NCBI RefSeq assembly: GCF_964204645.1
Contig: NC_134031.1
Location: forward strand, 10,416,001 to 10,480,000
Length of the DNA stretch: 64,000 nt
Reading direction: 5' to 3'
From: Tubulanus polymorphus
Taxonomy: Eukaryota > Animalia > Nemertea
Shown here: positions 30,045-43,500 of the stretch, one piece after another
Position numbering within the stretch: position 1 is the first letter of the stretch
Layout: the number at the start of each line of letters is the position of its first letter
The notes under the pieces: model-generated
What the model was told of the DNA's origin: nothing
What the model saw: only the letters and a program-made list of their open reading frames with translations
Databases searched by the model: none
Program-made: the position numbers and the translations under genes

Positions 30045-33000
30045 CATCTCTCCTTACAGATTCGGATTTGGCACTCAGTCTGGAAATTATTTTTTTAAAT
30101 GTGTTTTAGCTACCCCACTCAACAACGAGTCACCATGTTTAATGGATGGCTGAATTTTTTAATTTTGATGCTTTGTATGTTGCGCTCATCTTAATCACTA
30201 TTCTAAACATTTAGGCTAAGTGACATCACGATGTGAATGCATTACATGTAATATTATGATTGAAACAATAAAAATAAATCCATGCTTCAAAATATTTCGT
30301 ATTGGGGCTTACGTCGGGTACTTCAGTAATTATCATTAAATGTTATGATAGAATGCCAGAAAAATGTATGTGTAGGGCTGAACAGGTCATTCGTTGGGCT
30401 CTGCATCAAAGATCTGGTGGCCTCGAGATATTGCATTAGAAGCCTTGGCAGTACTTAGGAATCGATCTGCAGTCTTGGCCGACAACAATTCGATATTTTT
30501 CCTTCTATATATTTGAGATATTCGCCCAACGGTGTTGTCTTCCAGTCAAAACTATACAGGCATAAACTACTCAACTAAAATGTTGAACTAAAACCCAATA
30601 TTCCGACACTTTTGATAATTACAGCACAAAATTAATCTTTTACACAGGGGTCATTTTAAATTATGTACGATATACATGTACCTGAGGTTGATAGAAATTC
30701 CTCAAATCGAAAATAACTGAATCTACATAGGGGAATCAATATTATACCATGTAGACAAATGGCCATTTAACATCATTATCAATACATAACATGGTTTTCA
30801 TAAAAATTGACTAATACGTAGTAATTTATTCAAATTTTCAACTCCCGGTGTAGAGTATACTCATTAGTCACAGATTTCTACAGGTATATAACATGTGACA
30901 GTGCTAATGATTATTGAATATGAAGAAAATCATACATTGGATAATATAGCAGCAATATTAGACAATTGGTGGACACCAATTTTAATAGGGGTAGACCTCT
31001 AACCTGCTAATACACCAGGGTCAAGGAAATCAATATAGGTTGGCAGGCTGTATGGTGCCAATGAAAAATTCAAGATGGCAGACATGGCTGTCATGTTGGA
31101 CATATCATCTAACTGATAGATCACCATTTTCAATATCACCTCTTACCTGTTCCAACTCATACACAAACTTTCAAGAAGATTTATTAAGACTTACCGGCCG
31201 TAGAGTGCTAACAAACCTTACAGGAGGGTGGTGCAGGAGGGTTAGAGATTATTACAACATTGAACATTTTGAAAGTTCAGATGAGAAACTAAGTTTCTTT
31301 CGCAAGTTATTTTGTACCAATGGAGGCACGTGTCATACATGAGCAAAAATGGACTTCAGTAAAGCAAATGTCCATAAAAATTATACGATGCCCCTAGGAA
31401 AGGCATCAAGACAACACATCAAAGTGTAATGAAAACGTTAAAAAGAAACCTGATTCCATCTATGGACACTCATAATCCTCAAATGAACATAAATGTTTGA
31501 ATATTCAATACAAGTTCATACCTGCAAATGCAAATCAATTATACAAATTCACACATGGAATCAAAATTAGAAGTTGCGTTGGCAGAACCATAGAAGAGAA
31601 TCTTCAATTACATAACAAAATAGAGAATATTCTTTTTTTCAGAGTACATTTTTAAACGAGGGGTCCAGGAACACTATGCCTACTAGGAAAGTGGTATGAA
31701 ATGCCCAAAAATCGGACAATTTCTATATGCCTCTTATACAGAAACCTTTGGAATTTACCACTAGAACTTGTCATGAGCTAAAATTTTGCAATTATTGTAA
31801 CAAAATAAGCCCAGATATCAATGTAATATGAAAAACTACGTTATTTGGCTATTCAGCGCTCACTGGTGACAATTTACATAACCCAATGACCTTGAACCCC
31901 ACCGAAATTATAGAACAAGTCATGAGCTACAATTGATTGCGGTTACTAAATTTTAAACGGATAGGTACCAATATAAATGGACGAATTGAATACATTCAAC
32001 AACTGCCCCTGATGGTGAGAAAAAGAACTGGGTGATCCCAATTTCACATGAGGAGATGAAACCTATGACGGTGCTAATAATTATCAATTATCAAGACTCA
32101 AATTTAACACCCGTTGAAATTTTTCCACTTACGAATGAGTATTCATCACACTAAGATGGCCACCAGCTGCAAAATATTTGACTGATCAAAATATGTGTCT
32201 GACATGTTAAAGATCCCTTCCCTTATAATACCAATCACAAATTTCAACGAAAAATGGCAAACCATTAGGAAGCTACAGGTCTTGCACATTCAAGCCAAAA
32301 ATAACCTTTTAGCACATAGAAAGGTTACAGGATGGCCATCTTGTAACCAATTGACCCAATTCTTCTAATGCTGATGGGTACAGGGGGACACATATAGATC
32401 AAGATAATTGATCAATTTGCTTCAAAATTTTCATTGATAAAATGTGTAAAAAGCGTTGATTCTGGTGACTGTCATCTTGATTCCAACAGGCTCAGTTTTA
32501 GGGCAGTCAAGCGGATGATAAGTGAATGCAATAGCCCACGGGGACTTAAGTCCCAGTTTAGCTAAAAATGAGAAACCTTTTAACACTTACCATTTATCAT
32601 TTTTCAACATAACACACGGTACCAATTAACAGTTACCATATAACAAAGGGTTTATCAGGTCTTATCTAAATATCCGAAACCGCATAAAATCTAATTCTAT
32701 TTTGTCTATTTTTTAATTTCAGCCTGTTCCGCGGACTTACGAGGTTTAGGCATGGTGGCGCCATGTTTGCATAAAACCTTTTGAATGAGCGTGTAGAACG
32801 GACTATCCGCCGGTGCTGAAAAGTTGAAACTGGTAGCGAACGAGCCCGAAGGCGGTCGGTCAAACGTTAATGGTGAACAGGAAGTGGTCAATTCGGATGG
32901 TGGAATCCAAGGCGACGACTCCCTGGAACCCGGATGCGTGATGGGACCTGCCTATAAGAAAATTCGTCGAAATCCTTGCGGTCAGGATCCGCATGGGTAA

Positions 33001-33619
33001 CATCCCTGGGACTGGAGTTCTCTGACTCAGAAGACAGAGAGCGAGGGGCTCCAGAGCCAGTCGGGTTGAGGCGACCCTTTGCCGACTCTAACAGTCCCCG
33101 AAGTTCTGCCTGAAAGGCCTTAAAATCCTCTGCCTAATCTAACTTGGATGAGGATGTAGTCTGCTCAGGAGACAAGGAGCTCCTGCGACAGCTCCTATAA
33201 GGACGTTGAGGACGCTCTGCTTGACCTCGAGGAGCTGGACCGGGAGCATGGCCTTCTCGGGTGGTAACGGTCGTAATAAAGAAGTTTCCAGTCTCCGGCT
33301 GGATGAGGTTGGAGATGGAGACTGTCTCCTACGACATGCTCCAGGGAGCGACGAACGGGCGAACAAGCTCTTGGCCCAGCTGGGCAACTTGACACGATAT
33401 CAGACGATGCATGGGCAACCGGAGCTGGAGACGAGAGCGGCACAGACTTGGGCACTGGCTCTGTTTACTACTGGTATCTAGTACCGTAGTCGCGGGAGGT
33501 GGATGGCTGGATTTCTTATGAGAACCCCATGAGGGATCGCCGGCCTGCTCCCCTACCGATGGACGGCCAGTAGGAGAAGAGCAAAGACAACCATTGACTT
33601 GCCTTTTGCATTGAATTTA

Positions 33620-33910
33620 GTTAAACTGCCGAATAACCTTAGTTACCCCCTGTGCGTTTAGAAGGCTTACGTAGGAAACTAAGCATAAATGAACAGTTCC
33701 GTGAGCACTACCGAACTTTCATGTCGATGGCAATCAAGTTAGGTTACGCCGAACTGGTACCCCCAGATAGCGTAATAACCAATGGCCACGTATGGTATCT
33801 ACCCCATCACAGTGTCTGTCACCCGAGAAACCACACAAGGTTCATGTCGTTTTCGATGCCTCGGCGTAGTTCAACGGAGTGTCGTTGAACTACGTACTGT
33901 TACAAGGGCC
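33620..33910 (+). pseudogene. BEL/Pao LTR retrotransposon pol fragment
   Basis: LGYAELVP...WYLPHHSV.HP, then after a frameshift KVHVVFDAS.*FNGVSLN.VLLQGP. Confidence 0.75.
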
Positions 33911-36900
33911 CTGACGATTTGAGCGCTTTTACATTGTCATTTTTCCGACAGAGGAAAAATTTGATAAGAAAACGTCTTTTCTCTGGCTGAACGACGTTTT
34001 CGGGTCGAAAAGTGCTTTTCCTGACGATTTAAGCGCTTTTAAGCATCGACATTGTCATTTTTGCGACAGGGGGAAAATTTGGTAAGAAAACGTCTTTTCT
34101 CGCGCTGAACGACGTTTTCGGGACGAAAAGTGCTTTTCCTGACGATTTAAGCGCTTTCACGCATCGACATTGTCATTTTTCCGACAGGGGGGGGGGGGGG
34201 GAAATTTGATAAGAAAACGTCTTTTCTCGCGGTGAACGACGTTTTCGGGTCGAAAAGTGCTTTTCCTGACGATTTGAGCGCTTTTACGCATCGACATTGT
34301 CATTTTTCCGACAGGGGGGAAATTTGATAAGAAAACGTCTTTTCTCGCGCTGAACGACGTTTTCGGGTCGAAAAGTGCTTTTCCTGACGATTTGAACGCT
34401 TTTACGCATCGACATTGTCATTTTTCCGACAGGGGAAGAATTTGATAAGAAAACGTCTTTTCTCGCGCTGAACGACGTTTTCGGGTCGAAAAGTGCTTTT
34501 CCTGACCATTTGAACGCTTTTACGCATCGACATTGTCATTTTTCCGACAGGGGGAAAATTTTATAAGAAAACGTCTTTTCTCGCGGTGAACGACGTTTTC
34601 GGGTGAAAAGTGCTTTTCCTGACGATTTGAGCGCTTTTACGCATCGACATTGTCATTTTTCCGACAGGGGAATAATTTGATAAGAAAACGTCTTTTCTCG
34701 CGCTGAACGACGTTTTCGGGTCGAAAAGTGCTTTTCCTGACGATTTGAACGCTTTTACGCATCGACATTGTCATTTTTCCGACAGGGGGAAAATTTGGTA
34801 AGGAAACGTCTTTTCTCGCGCTGAACGACGTTTTCGGGTCGAAAAGTGCTTTTCCTGACGATTTGAGCGCTTTTACGCATCGACATTGTCATTTTTCCGA
34901 CAGGGGAAAAATTTGATAAGAAAACGTCTTTTCTCTGGCTGAACGACATTTTCGGGTCGAAAAGTGCTTTTCCTGACCATTTGAACGCTTTTACGCATCG
35001 ACATTGTCATTTTTCCGACAGGGGGAAAATTTGATAAGAAAACGTCTTTTCTCTGGCTGAACGACGTTTTCGGGTCGAAAAGTGCTTTTCCTGACGATTT
35101 AAGCGCTTTTAAGCATCGACATTGTCATTTTTCCGACAGGGGGAAAATTTGATAAGAAAACGTCTTTTCTCGCGGTGAACGACGTTTTCGGGTCGAAAAG
35201 TGCTTTTCCTGACGATTTGAGCGCTTTTACGCATCGACATTGTCATTTTTCCGACAGGGGAAAAATTTGATAAGAAAACGTCTTTTCTCGCGGTGAACGA
35301 CGTTTTCGGGTCGAAAAGTGCTTTTCCTGATGATTTGAGCGCTTTTACGCATCGACATTGTCATTTTTCCGACAGGGGAATAATTTGATAAGAAAACGTC
35401 TTTTCTCGCGCTGAACGACGTTTTCGGGTCGAAAAGTGCTTTTCCTGACGATTTGAACGCTTTTACGCATCGACATTGTCATTTTTCCGACAGGGGGAAA
35501 ATTTGGTAAGAAAACGTCTTTTCCGCGCTGAACGACGTTTTCGGGTCGAAAAGTGCTTTTCCTGACGATTTAAGCGTTTTTTACGCATCGACATTGTCAT
35601 TTTTCCGACGGGGGAAAATTTTATAAGAAAACGTCTTTTCTCGCGGTGAACGACGTTTTCGGGCCGAAAAGTGCTTTTCCTGACGATTTGAACGCTTTTA
35701 CGCATCGACATTGTCATTTTTCCGACGGGGGAAAAATTTGATAAGAAAACATCTTTTCTCGCGCTGAACGACATTTTCGGGTCGAAAAGTGCTTTTCCTG
35801 ACCATTTGAACGCTTTTACGCATCGACATTGTCATTTTTCCGACAGGGGGAAAATTTGATAAGAAAACGTCTTTTCTCTGGCTGAACGACGTTTTCGGGT
35901 CGAAAAGTGCTTTTCCTGACGATTTAAGCGCTTTTAAGCATCGACATTGTCATTTTTCCGACAGGGGGAAAATTTGATAAGAAAACGTCTTTTCTCGCGG
36001 TGAACGACGTTTTCGGGTCGAAAAGTGCTTTTCCTGACGATTTAAGCCTTTTTTACGCATCGACATTGTCATTTTTCCGACGGGGGAAAATTTTATAAGA
36101 AAACGTCTTTTCTCGCGGTGAACGACGTTTTCGGGCCGAAAAGTGCTTTTCCTGACGATTTGAACGCTTTTACGCATCGACATTGTCATTTTTCCGACGG
36201 GGGAAAAATTTGATAAGAAAACATCTTTTCTCGCGCTGAACGACATTTTCGGGTCGAAAAGTGCTTTTCCTGACCATTTGAACGCTTTTACGCATCGACA
36301 TTGTCATTTTTCCGACAGGGGGAAAATTTGATAAGAAAACGTCTTTTCTCTGGCTGAACGACGTTTTCGGGTCGAAAAGTGCTTTTCCTGACGATTTAAG
36401 CGCTTTTAAGCATCGACATTGTCATTTTTCCGACAGGGGGAAAATTTGATAAGAAAACGTCTTTTCTCGCGGTGAACGACGTTTTCGGGTCGAAAAGTGC
36501 TTTTCCTGACGATTTGAGCGCTTTTACGCATCGACATTGTCATTTTTCCGACAGGGGAAAAATTTGATAAGAAAACGTCTTTTCTCGCGGTGAACGACGT
36601 TTTCGGGTCGAAAAGTGCTTTTCCTGATGATTTGAGCGCTTTTACGCATCGACATTGTCATTTTTCCGACAGGGGAATAATTTGATAAGAAAACGTCTTT
36701 TCTCGCGCTGAACGACGTTTTCGGGTCGAAAAGTGCTTTTCCTGACGATTTGAACGCTTTTACGCATCGACATTGTCATTTTTCCGACAGGGGGAAAATT
36801 TGGTAAGAAAACGTCTTTTCCGCGCTGAACGACGTTTTCGGGTCGAAAAGTGCTTTTCCTGACGATTTAAGCGCTTTTACGCATCGACATTGTCATTTTT

Positions 36901-39900
36901 CCGACGGGGGGGGGGAAATTTGATAAGAAAACATCTTTTCTCGCGCTGAACGACATTTTCGGGTCGAAAAGTGCTTTTCCTGACCATTTGAACGCTTTTA
37001 CGCATCGACATTGTCATTTTTCCGACAGGGGGAAAATTTGATAAGAAAACGTCTTTTCTCTGGCTGAACGACGTTTTCGGGTCGAAAAGTGCTTTTCCTG
37101 ACGATTTAAGCGCTTTTAAGCATCGACATTGTCATTTTTCCGACAGGGGGAAAATTTGATACGAAAACGTCTTTTGTCGCGCTGAACGACGTTTTCCCGT
37201 CGAAAAGTGCTTTTCCTGACGATTTGAGCGCTTTTACGCATCGACATTGTCGTTTTTCCCATAGGGGGAATATTTGATACGAAAACGTCTTTCCTCGCGC
37301 TGAACGACGTTTTCGCGTCGAAAAGTGCTTTTCCTGACGATTTGAGCGCTTTTACGCATCGACATTGTCGTTTTTCCCATAGGGGGAATATTTGATACGA
37401 AAACGTCTTTTCTCGCGCTGAACGACGTTTTCGCGTCGAAAATTGCTTTTCCTGACGATTTGAGCGCTTTTACGCCTCAACATTGTCGTTTTTCCCATTG
37501 GGGGAATATTTGATACGAAAACGTCTTTTGTCGCGCTGAACGACGTTTTCGCGTCGAAAAGTGCTTTTCCTGACGATTTGAGCGCTTTTACGCATCGACA
37601 TTGTCGTTTTTCCCATAGGGGGAATATTTGATACGAAAACGTCTTTTCTCGCGCTGAACGACGTTTTCGCGTCGAAAAGTACTTTTCCTCACGATTTGAG
37701 CGCTTTTACGCATCGACATTGTCGTTTTTCCCATAGGGGGAATATTTGATACGAAAACGTCTTTTCTCGCGCTGAACGACGTTTTCGCGTCGAAAAGTGC
37801 TTTTCCTGACGATTTGAGCGCTTCAACTCATCGACATTGTCGTTTTTCCCATAGGGGGAATATTTGATACGAAAACGGGTTTTCTCGCGCTGAACGACGT
37901 TTTCGCGTCGAAAAGTGCTTTTCCTGACGATTTGAGCGCTTTTACGCATCGAAATTGCCGTTTTTCCGATAGGGGGAATATTTGAAACGAAAACGTCTTT
38001 TCTCGCGCTGAACGACGTTTTCGGGTCGAAAAGTGCTTTTCCTGACGATTTGAGCGCTTTTACGCATCGACATTGTCGTTTTTCCCATAGGGGGAATATT
38101 TGATACGAAAACGTCTTTTCTCGCGCTGAACGACGTTTTCGCGTCGAAAAGTGCTTTTCCTGACGATTTGAGCGCTTTTACGCATCGACATTGCCGTTTT
38201 TCCGATAGGGGGAATATTTGAAACGAAAACGTCTTTTCTCGCGCTGAACGACGTTTTCGGGTCGAAAAGTGCTTTTCCTGACGATTTGAGCGCTTTTACG
38301 CATCGACATTGTCGTTTTTCCCATAGGGGGAATATTTGATACGAAAACGTTTTTTTCTCGCGCTGAACGACGTTTTCGGGTCGAAAAGTGGTTTTCCTGA
38401 CGATTTGAGCGCTTTTACGCATCGACATTGTCGTTTTTCCCATAGGGGGAATATTTGATACGAAAACGTCTTTTCTCGCGCTGAACGACGTTTTTGGGTC
38501 GAAAAGTGCTTTTCCTGACGATTTGAGCGCTTTTACGCATCGACATTGTCGTTTTTCCCATAGGGGGAATATTTGATACGAAAACGGGTTTTCTCGCGCT
38601 GAACGACGTCTTCGCGTCGAAAAGTGCTTTTCCTGACGATTTGAGCGCTTTTACGCATCGAAATTGTCGTTTTTTTTTCCCATAGGGGGAATATTTGATA
38701 CGAAAACGTCTTTTCTCGCGCTGAACGACGATTTCGCGTCGAAAATTGCTTTTCCTGACGATTTGAGCGCTTTTACGCATCGACATTGTCGTTTTTCCCA
38801 TAGGGGGAATATTTGATACGAAAACGTCTTTTCTCGCGCTGAACGACGTTTTCGGGTCGAAAAGTGCTTTTCCTGACGATTTGAGCGCTTTTACGCATCG
38901 ACATTGTCGTTTTTCCCATAGGGGGAATATTTGATACGAAAACGTCTTTTCTCGCGCTGAACGACGTTTTCGGGTCGAAAAGTGCTTTTCCTGACGATTT
39001 GAGCGCTTTAACGCATCGACATTGTCGTTTTTCCCATAGGGGGAATATTTGATACGAAAACGTCTTTTGTCGCGCTGAACGACGTTTTCCCGTCGAAAAG
39101 TGCTTTTCCTGACGATTTGAACGCTTTTACGCATCGACATTGTCGTTTTTCCCATAGGGGGAATATTTGATACGAAAACGTCTTTTCTCGCGCTGAACGA
39201 CGTTTTTGGGTCGAAAAGTGCTTTTCCTGACGATTTGAGCGCTTTTACGCATCGACATTGTCGTTTTTCCCATAGGGGGAATATTTGATACGAAAACGGG
39301 TTTTCTCGCGCTGAACGACGTCTTCGCGTCGAAAAGTGCTTTTCCTGACGATTTGAGCGCTTTTACGCATCGAAATTGTCGTTTTTTTTTCCCATAGGGG
39401 GAATATTTGATACGAAAACGTCTTTTCTCGCGCTGAACGACGTTTTCGCGTCGAAAATTGCTTTTCCTGACGATTTGAGCGCTTTTACGCATCGACATTG
39501 TCGTTTTTCCCATAGGGGGAATATTTGATACGAAAACGTCTTTTCTCGCGCTGAACGACGTTTTCGGGTCGAAAAGTGCTTTTCCTGACGATTTGAGCGC
39601 TTTTACGCATCGACATTGTCGTTTTTCCCATAGGGGGAATATTTGATACGAAAACGTCTTTTCTCGCGCTGAACGACGTTTTCGGGTCGAAAAGTGCTTT
39701 TCCTGACGATTTGAGCGCTTTAACGCATCGACATTGTCGTTTTTCCCATAGGGGGAATATTTGATACGAAAACGTCTTTTGTCGCGCTGAACGACGTTTT
39801 CCCGTCGAAAAGTGCTTTTCCTGACGATTTGAACGCTTTTACGCATCGACATTGTCGTTTTTCCCATAGGGGGAATATTTGATACGAAAACGTCTTTTCT

Positions 39901-40433
39901 CGCGCTGAACGACGTTTTCGCGTCGAAAAGTGCTTTTCCTGACGATTTGAGCGCTTTTACGCATCGACATTGTCGTTTTTCCCATAGGGGGAATATTTGA
40001 TACGAAAACGTCTTTTGTCGCGCTGAACGACGTTTTCCCGTCGAAAAGTGCTTTTCCTGACGATTTGAGCGCTTTTACGCATCGACATTGTCGTTTTTCC
40101 CATAGGGGGAATATTTGATACGAAAACGTCTTTCCTCGCGCTGAACGACGTTTTCGCGTCGAAAAGTGCTTTTCCTGACGATTTGAGCGCTTTTACGCAT
40201 CGACATTGTCGTTTTTCCCATAGGGGGAATATTTGATACGAAAACGTCTTTTCTCGCGCTGAACGACGTTTTCGCGTCGAAAAGTACTTTTCCTGACGAT
40301 TTGAGCGCTTTTACGCATCGACATTGTCGTTTTTCCCATAGGGGGAATATTTGATACGAAAACGTCTTTTCTCGCGCTGAACGACGTTTTCGCGTCGAAC
40401 AGTGCTTTCGCGTCGAACGTCTTTTCTCGCGCT
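33911..40433. repeat. 118-bp satellite array, left part (variant A to about 37150, then variant B)
   Basis: Tandem CTGACGATTTGAGCGCTTTTACGCATCGACATTGTC...GAAAAGTGCTTTTC. Confidence 0.98.
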
Positions 40434-40553
40434 AGTAATTGGGAAAGTAGGCTTTCATACCAAAGTACGAAGTACGAGACACCACTCATCACCACAAGTA
40501 ATTTTTTTCCTAACACTCATCACCACAAGTAATTTTTTTTCCTAATAAATGGG
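40434..40553 (+). repeat. Polinton left TIR
   Basis: Matches the reverse complement of 56794-56913 with one mismatch seen. Confidence 0.95.
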
Positions 40554-43500
40554 GGAGAATGAACACCAACTAGAAAACAATAATGTCAATAAAAATCAAT
40601 ATTATTTTCAATATTGTAAAAAATACATCGATAAATCTAATAAATCTAAACATGAAAAATCTTCAGATCATATAAAAAATGTTATAGATTTTGAAACTCC
40701 AGAAAATTCCATTGAAAGAAAAGAACGATTAGAATATATGAATGTGGATGAAATAAAATGTGAAGTTTGTGATGAATTTATAACAAAAAGGAATTATAAT
40801 AAACATCTCGAAACAGAAAAACACCATCAAAATTTGAGAAATAATGTTTTAGGAATAGATTATTTTGATGATAAACCTCAACAAGTAAAAGAATCAACTT
40901 CAAAAACTAAATCCATTTCAAATAAACCTTACATGGAAAATATTAGAAATTATATTGATTCACTAGAAATAAAAGATACAATTGAAATCTTAGAAACATT
41001 ACATAGTAAAATTGGTCCTGCAGCTATTATATTTAGATTTTTTAAAGGTACAACAATAGAAGATTATAGTAAATTTAATGAAATAATAGAAAAAATACTA
41101 GATTTGATAACAGATGTTGAATATCCAAAAATTAGTATCTCTGGGAAAGTAAGTTTTATAAAGTCAGAAGAAAAAATGGATTATAATATTCAAACACACT
41201 CTGAAGAAATAATTTCAAAAACACAAATAAAAGAGAAGTTAGAAAAAATATTAAATGAATTTAAACGTCATATTGAAGAAAGATATTTTGAGGGTTCTGG
41301 CTTAACATTGAATGAAATTATATATTTAGATTTAAATGTTTATAATACAAAAAGGAATAAAACATCAAAATGTAATAAAATGTTTAAAAATGATTCAAAC
41401 TTTACAACAGAAAAGGATATGAAAGCATCAAGTTATATCAAATTACCGTTTACAACAAAAGCAGTAATAAATATTCAAAATGAAGATAATAAATGTTTTC
41501 TATGGTCAATTATTAGTTGTTTACACCAAACAGAAGATATGACACATAGTTTTAGAATAACAAATTACCGGAAATATGAAACATTATATAAAATTGATCA
41601 ATATCCAGTAACTATAAAAATGATTCCTAAAATAGAAAAAGTTAATAATTTAAAAATAAATGTATTCGAATTAATGCAATTACCAAAAACAAAAGGTGAA
41701 AATATTAAAGATTATACATTGGAAGCTGTATATTTAACAGAATAATATGATGATGAAAATGCTATAGATTTGTTATATTACAAAAAAGATGAAAATGAAC
41801 ATTATATGTGGTTAAAACAAATTGATTTATTCTTTAGAACAGAAAGTGATCATCATAATAAAATTTATCTATGTAGAAAATGTTTATCCAAATTTATGAC
41901 TGAGAATACATTATTAAAACATAAAGAATTATGTGATAATAAAGATTTTTGTAAATTAATAATGCCAACAGAAAAAGATTATAAATTGAAATTTACTAAT
42001 TATAAATTTGAAAATATTGTTCCATTTGTAATTTATGGGGATTTTGAATCGTTGAATAAAGAATTAACTGATCAAGATAGAAAAGAAATATATAACAAAA
42101 AGCAATTATTAAAATCAATGGATAAAGGAAATGAATTAAATGAAGACACAATACAAGACCCACCAATTATAAATACAATTAAAAAAGTTCATCAAAGAGC
42201 TGCTGCTTATGGAATTTACATCAAATCAAATTATCCCGAATTATATGAAAGTCAATATATTTCTTTTAGAGGTGAAAATGTAGTTAATGATTTTTGTGAT
42301 AAAATGATTGAATTAGAAAGTGATTTTACAAAATTATTAAACAAAAATAAAAGAATAGTTATGACAAAAGAAGATGAAATTGATTTTAATTATGCAACTC
42401 ATTGTTGTTATTGTGAAAAACGTTTTTATTCATTTGATAAAAGAGTTAGAGATCATGATCATTTGAATTCAAAATATCGTGGAGCTGCTCATGAAGATTG
42501 CAATTTACAAGCTAAGAAAGTTAATTTCGTACCAATATTATTTCATAATTTATCAGGCTATGATACCCATCTATTTATAAAACAATTATCAGGAAAATTG
42601 GGCGCAATTAATCAAGAAATAGAAGAATATAATGCTATGAATGAAGCAAATGTAAGAAAATATGATTTTAAACTATTAGCTAAAACATCTGAAAATTATA
42701 TTTCATTTCAATTTGGTTGCATTAGATTTTTAGATTCTTATAGATTTCTAGCAAGTTCATTAGATAATTTATCAAAAAGTTTAGTTGATAATGATTTTGT
42801 TATAACTCGATATTATTATCCAAATGAACAAGATTTTAAATTATTGAGATATAAAGGCGCAATTCCTTATTCATTTTATAAAACACATGATGATTTTAAT
42901 GTAACAGAATTATTAAAAGATCAATTTTATGATCAATTAAAAGAGGAGTATGTGAAAGACGAAGTGTTTAATAGAACATTAAATATTTGGAACCATTTTA
43001 AGATGAAAAATCATGGCGAATTAGTTGATTTATATTTAAAATCAGATGTTATGATATTGGCTGACATATTTGAAAAATTTAGAGAAGTTAATTTGAATCA
43101 TTTTAATGTTGATCCTTGTTATTGTTATTCAAGTCCTGGTTTAACCTGGCAATGTGGTTTAAAATATACAAATGTAGAATTAGATTTATTAAAAGAACCA
43201 GATATGGTTTTATTATTTGAAAAATCAATTAGAGGTGGAATTAGTGGTGTTATGGGAGATAGGTATTTTAAAGCAAATGATGAATATAAATTATTATATA
43301 TTGACGCCAATAATTTATATGGTTGGGCAATGATGCAACCTCAACCATATAAAAATTTTATATTAACAGAAGTTGAAAATGATGATAAAACTAATTGGGA
43401 AAGCGCAATTATGAGTTTAGAAGATGAAGCACCAATTGGTTATTTCTTTGTAGTTGATTTAGAATATCCTGATAACATAAAGTTTAAAACAAGAAACTTA

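Noticed and set aside
30550-33500. Possible degraded coding or LINE remnants
   Set aside because: Only short broken frames; no motif I can assign confidently
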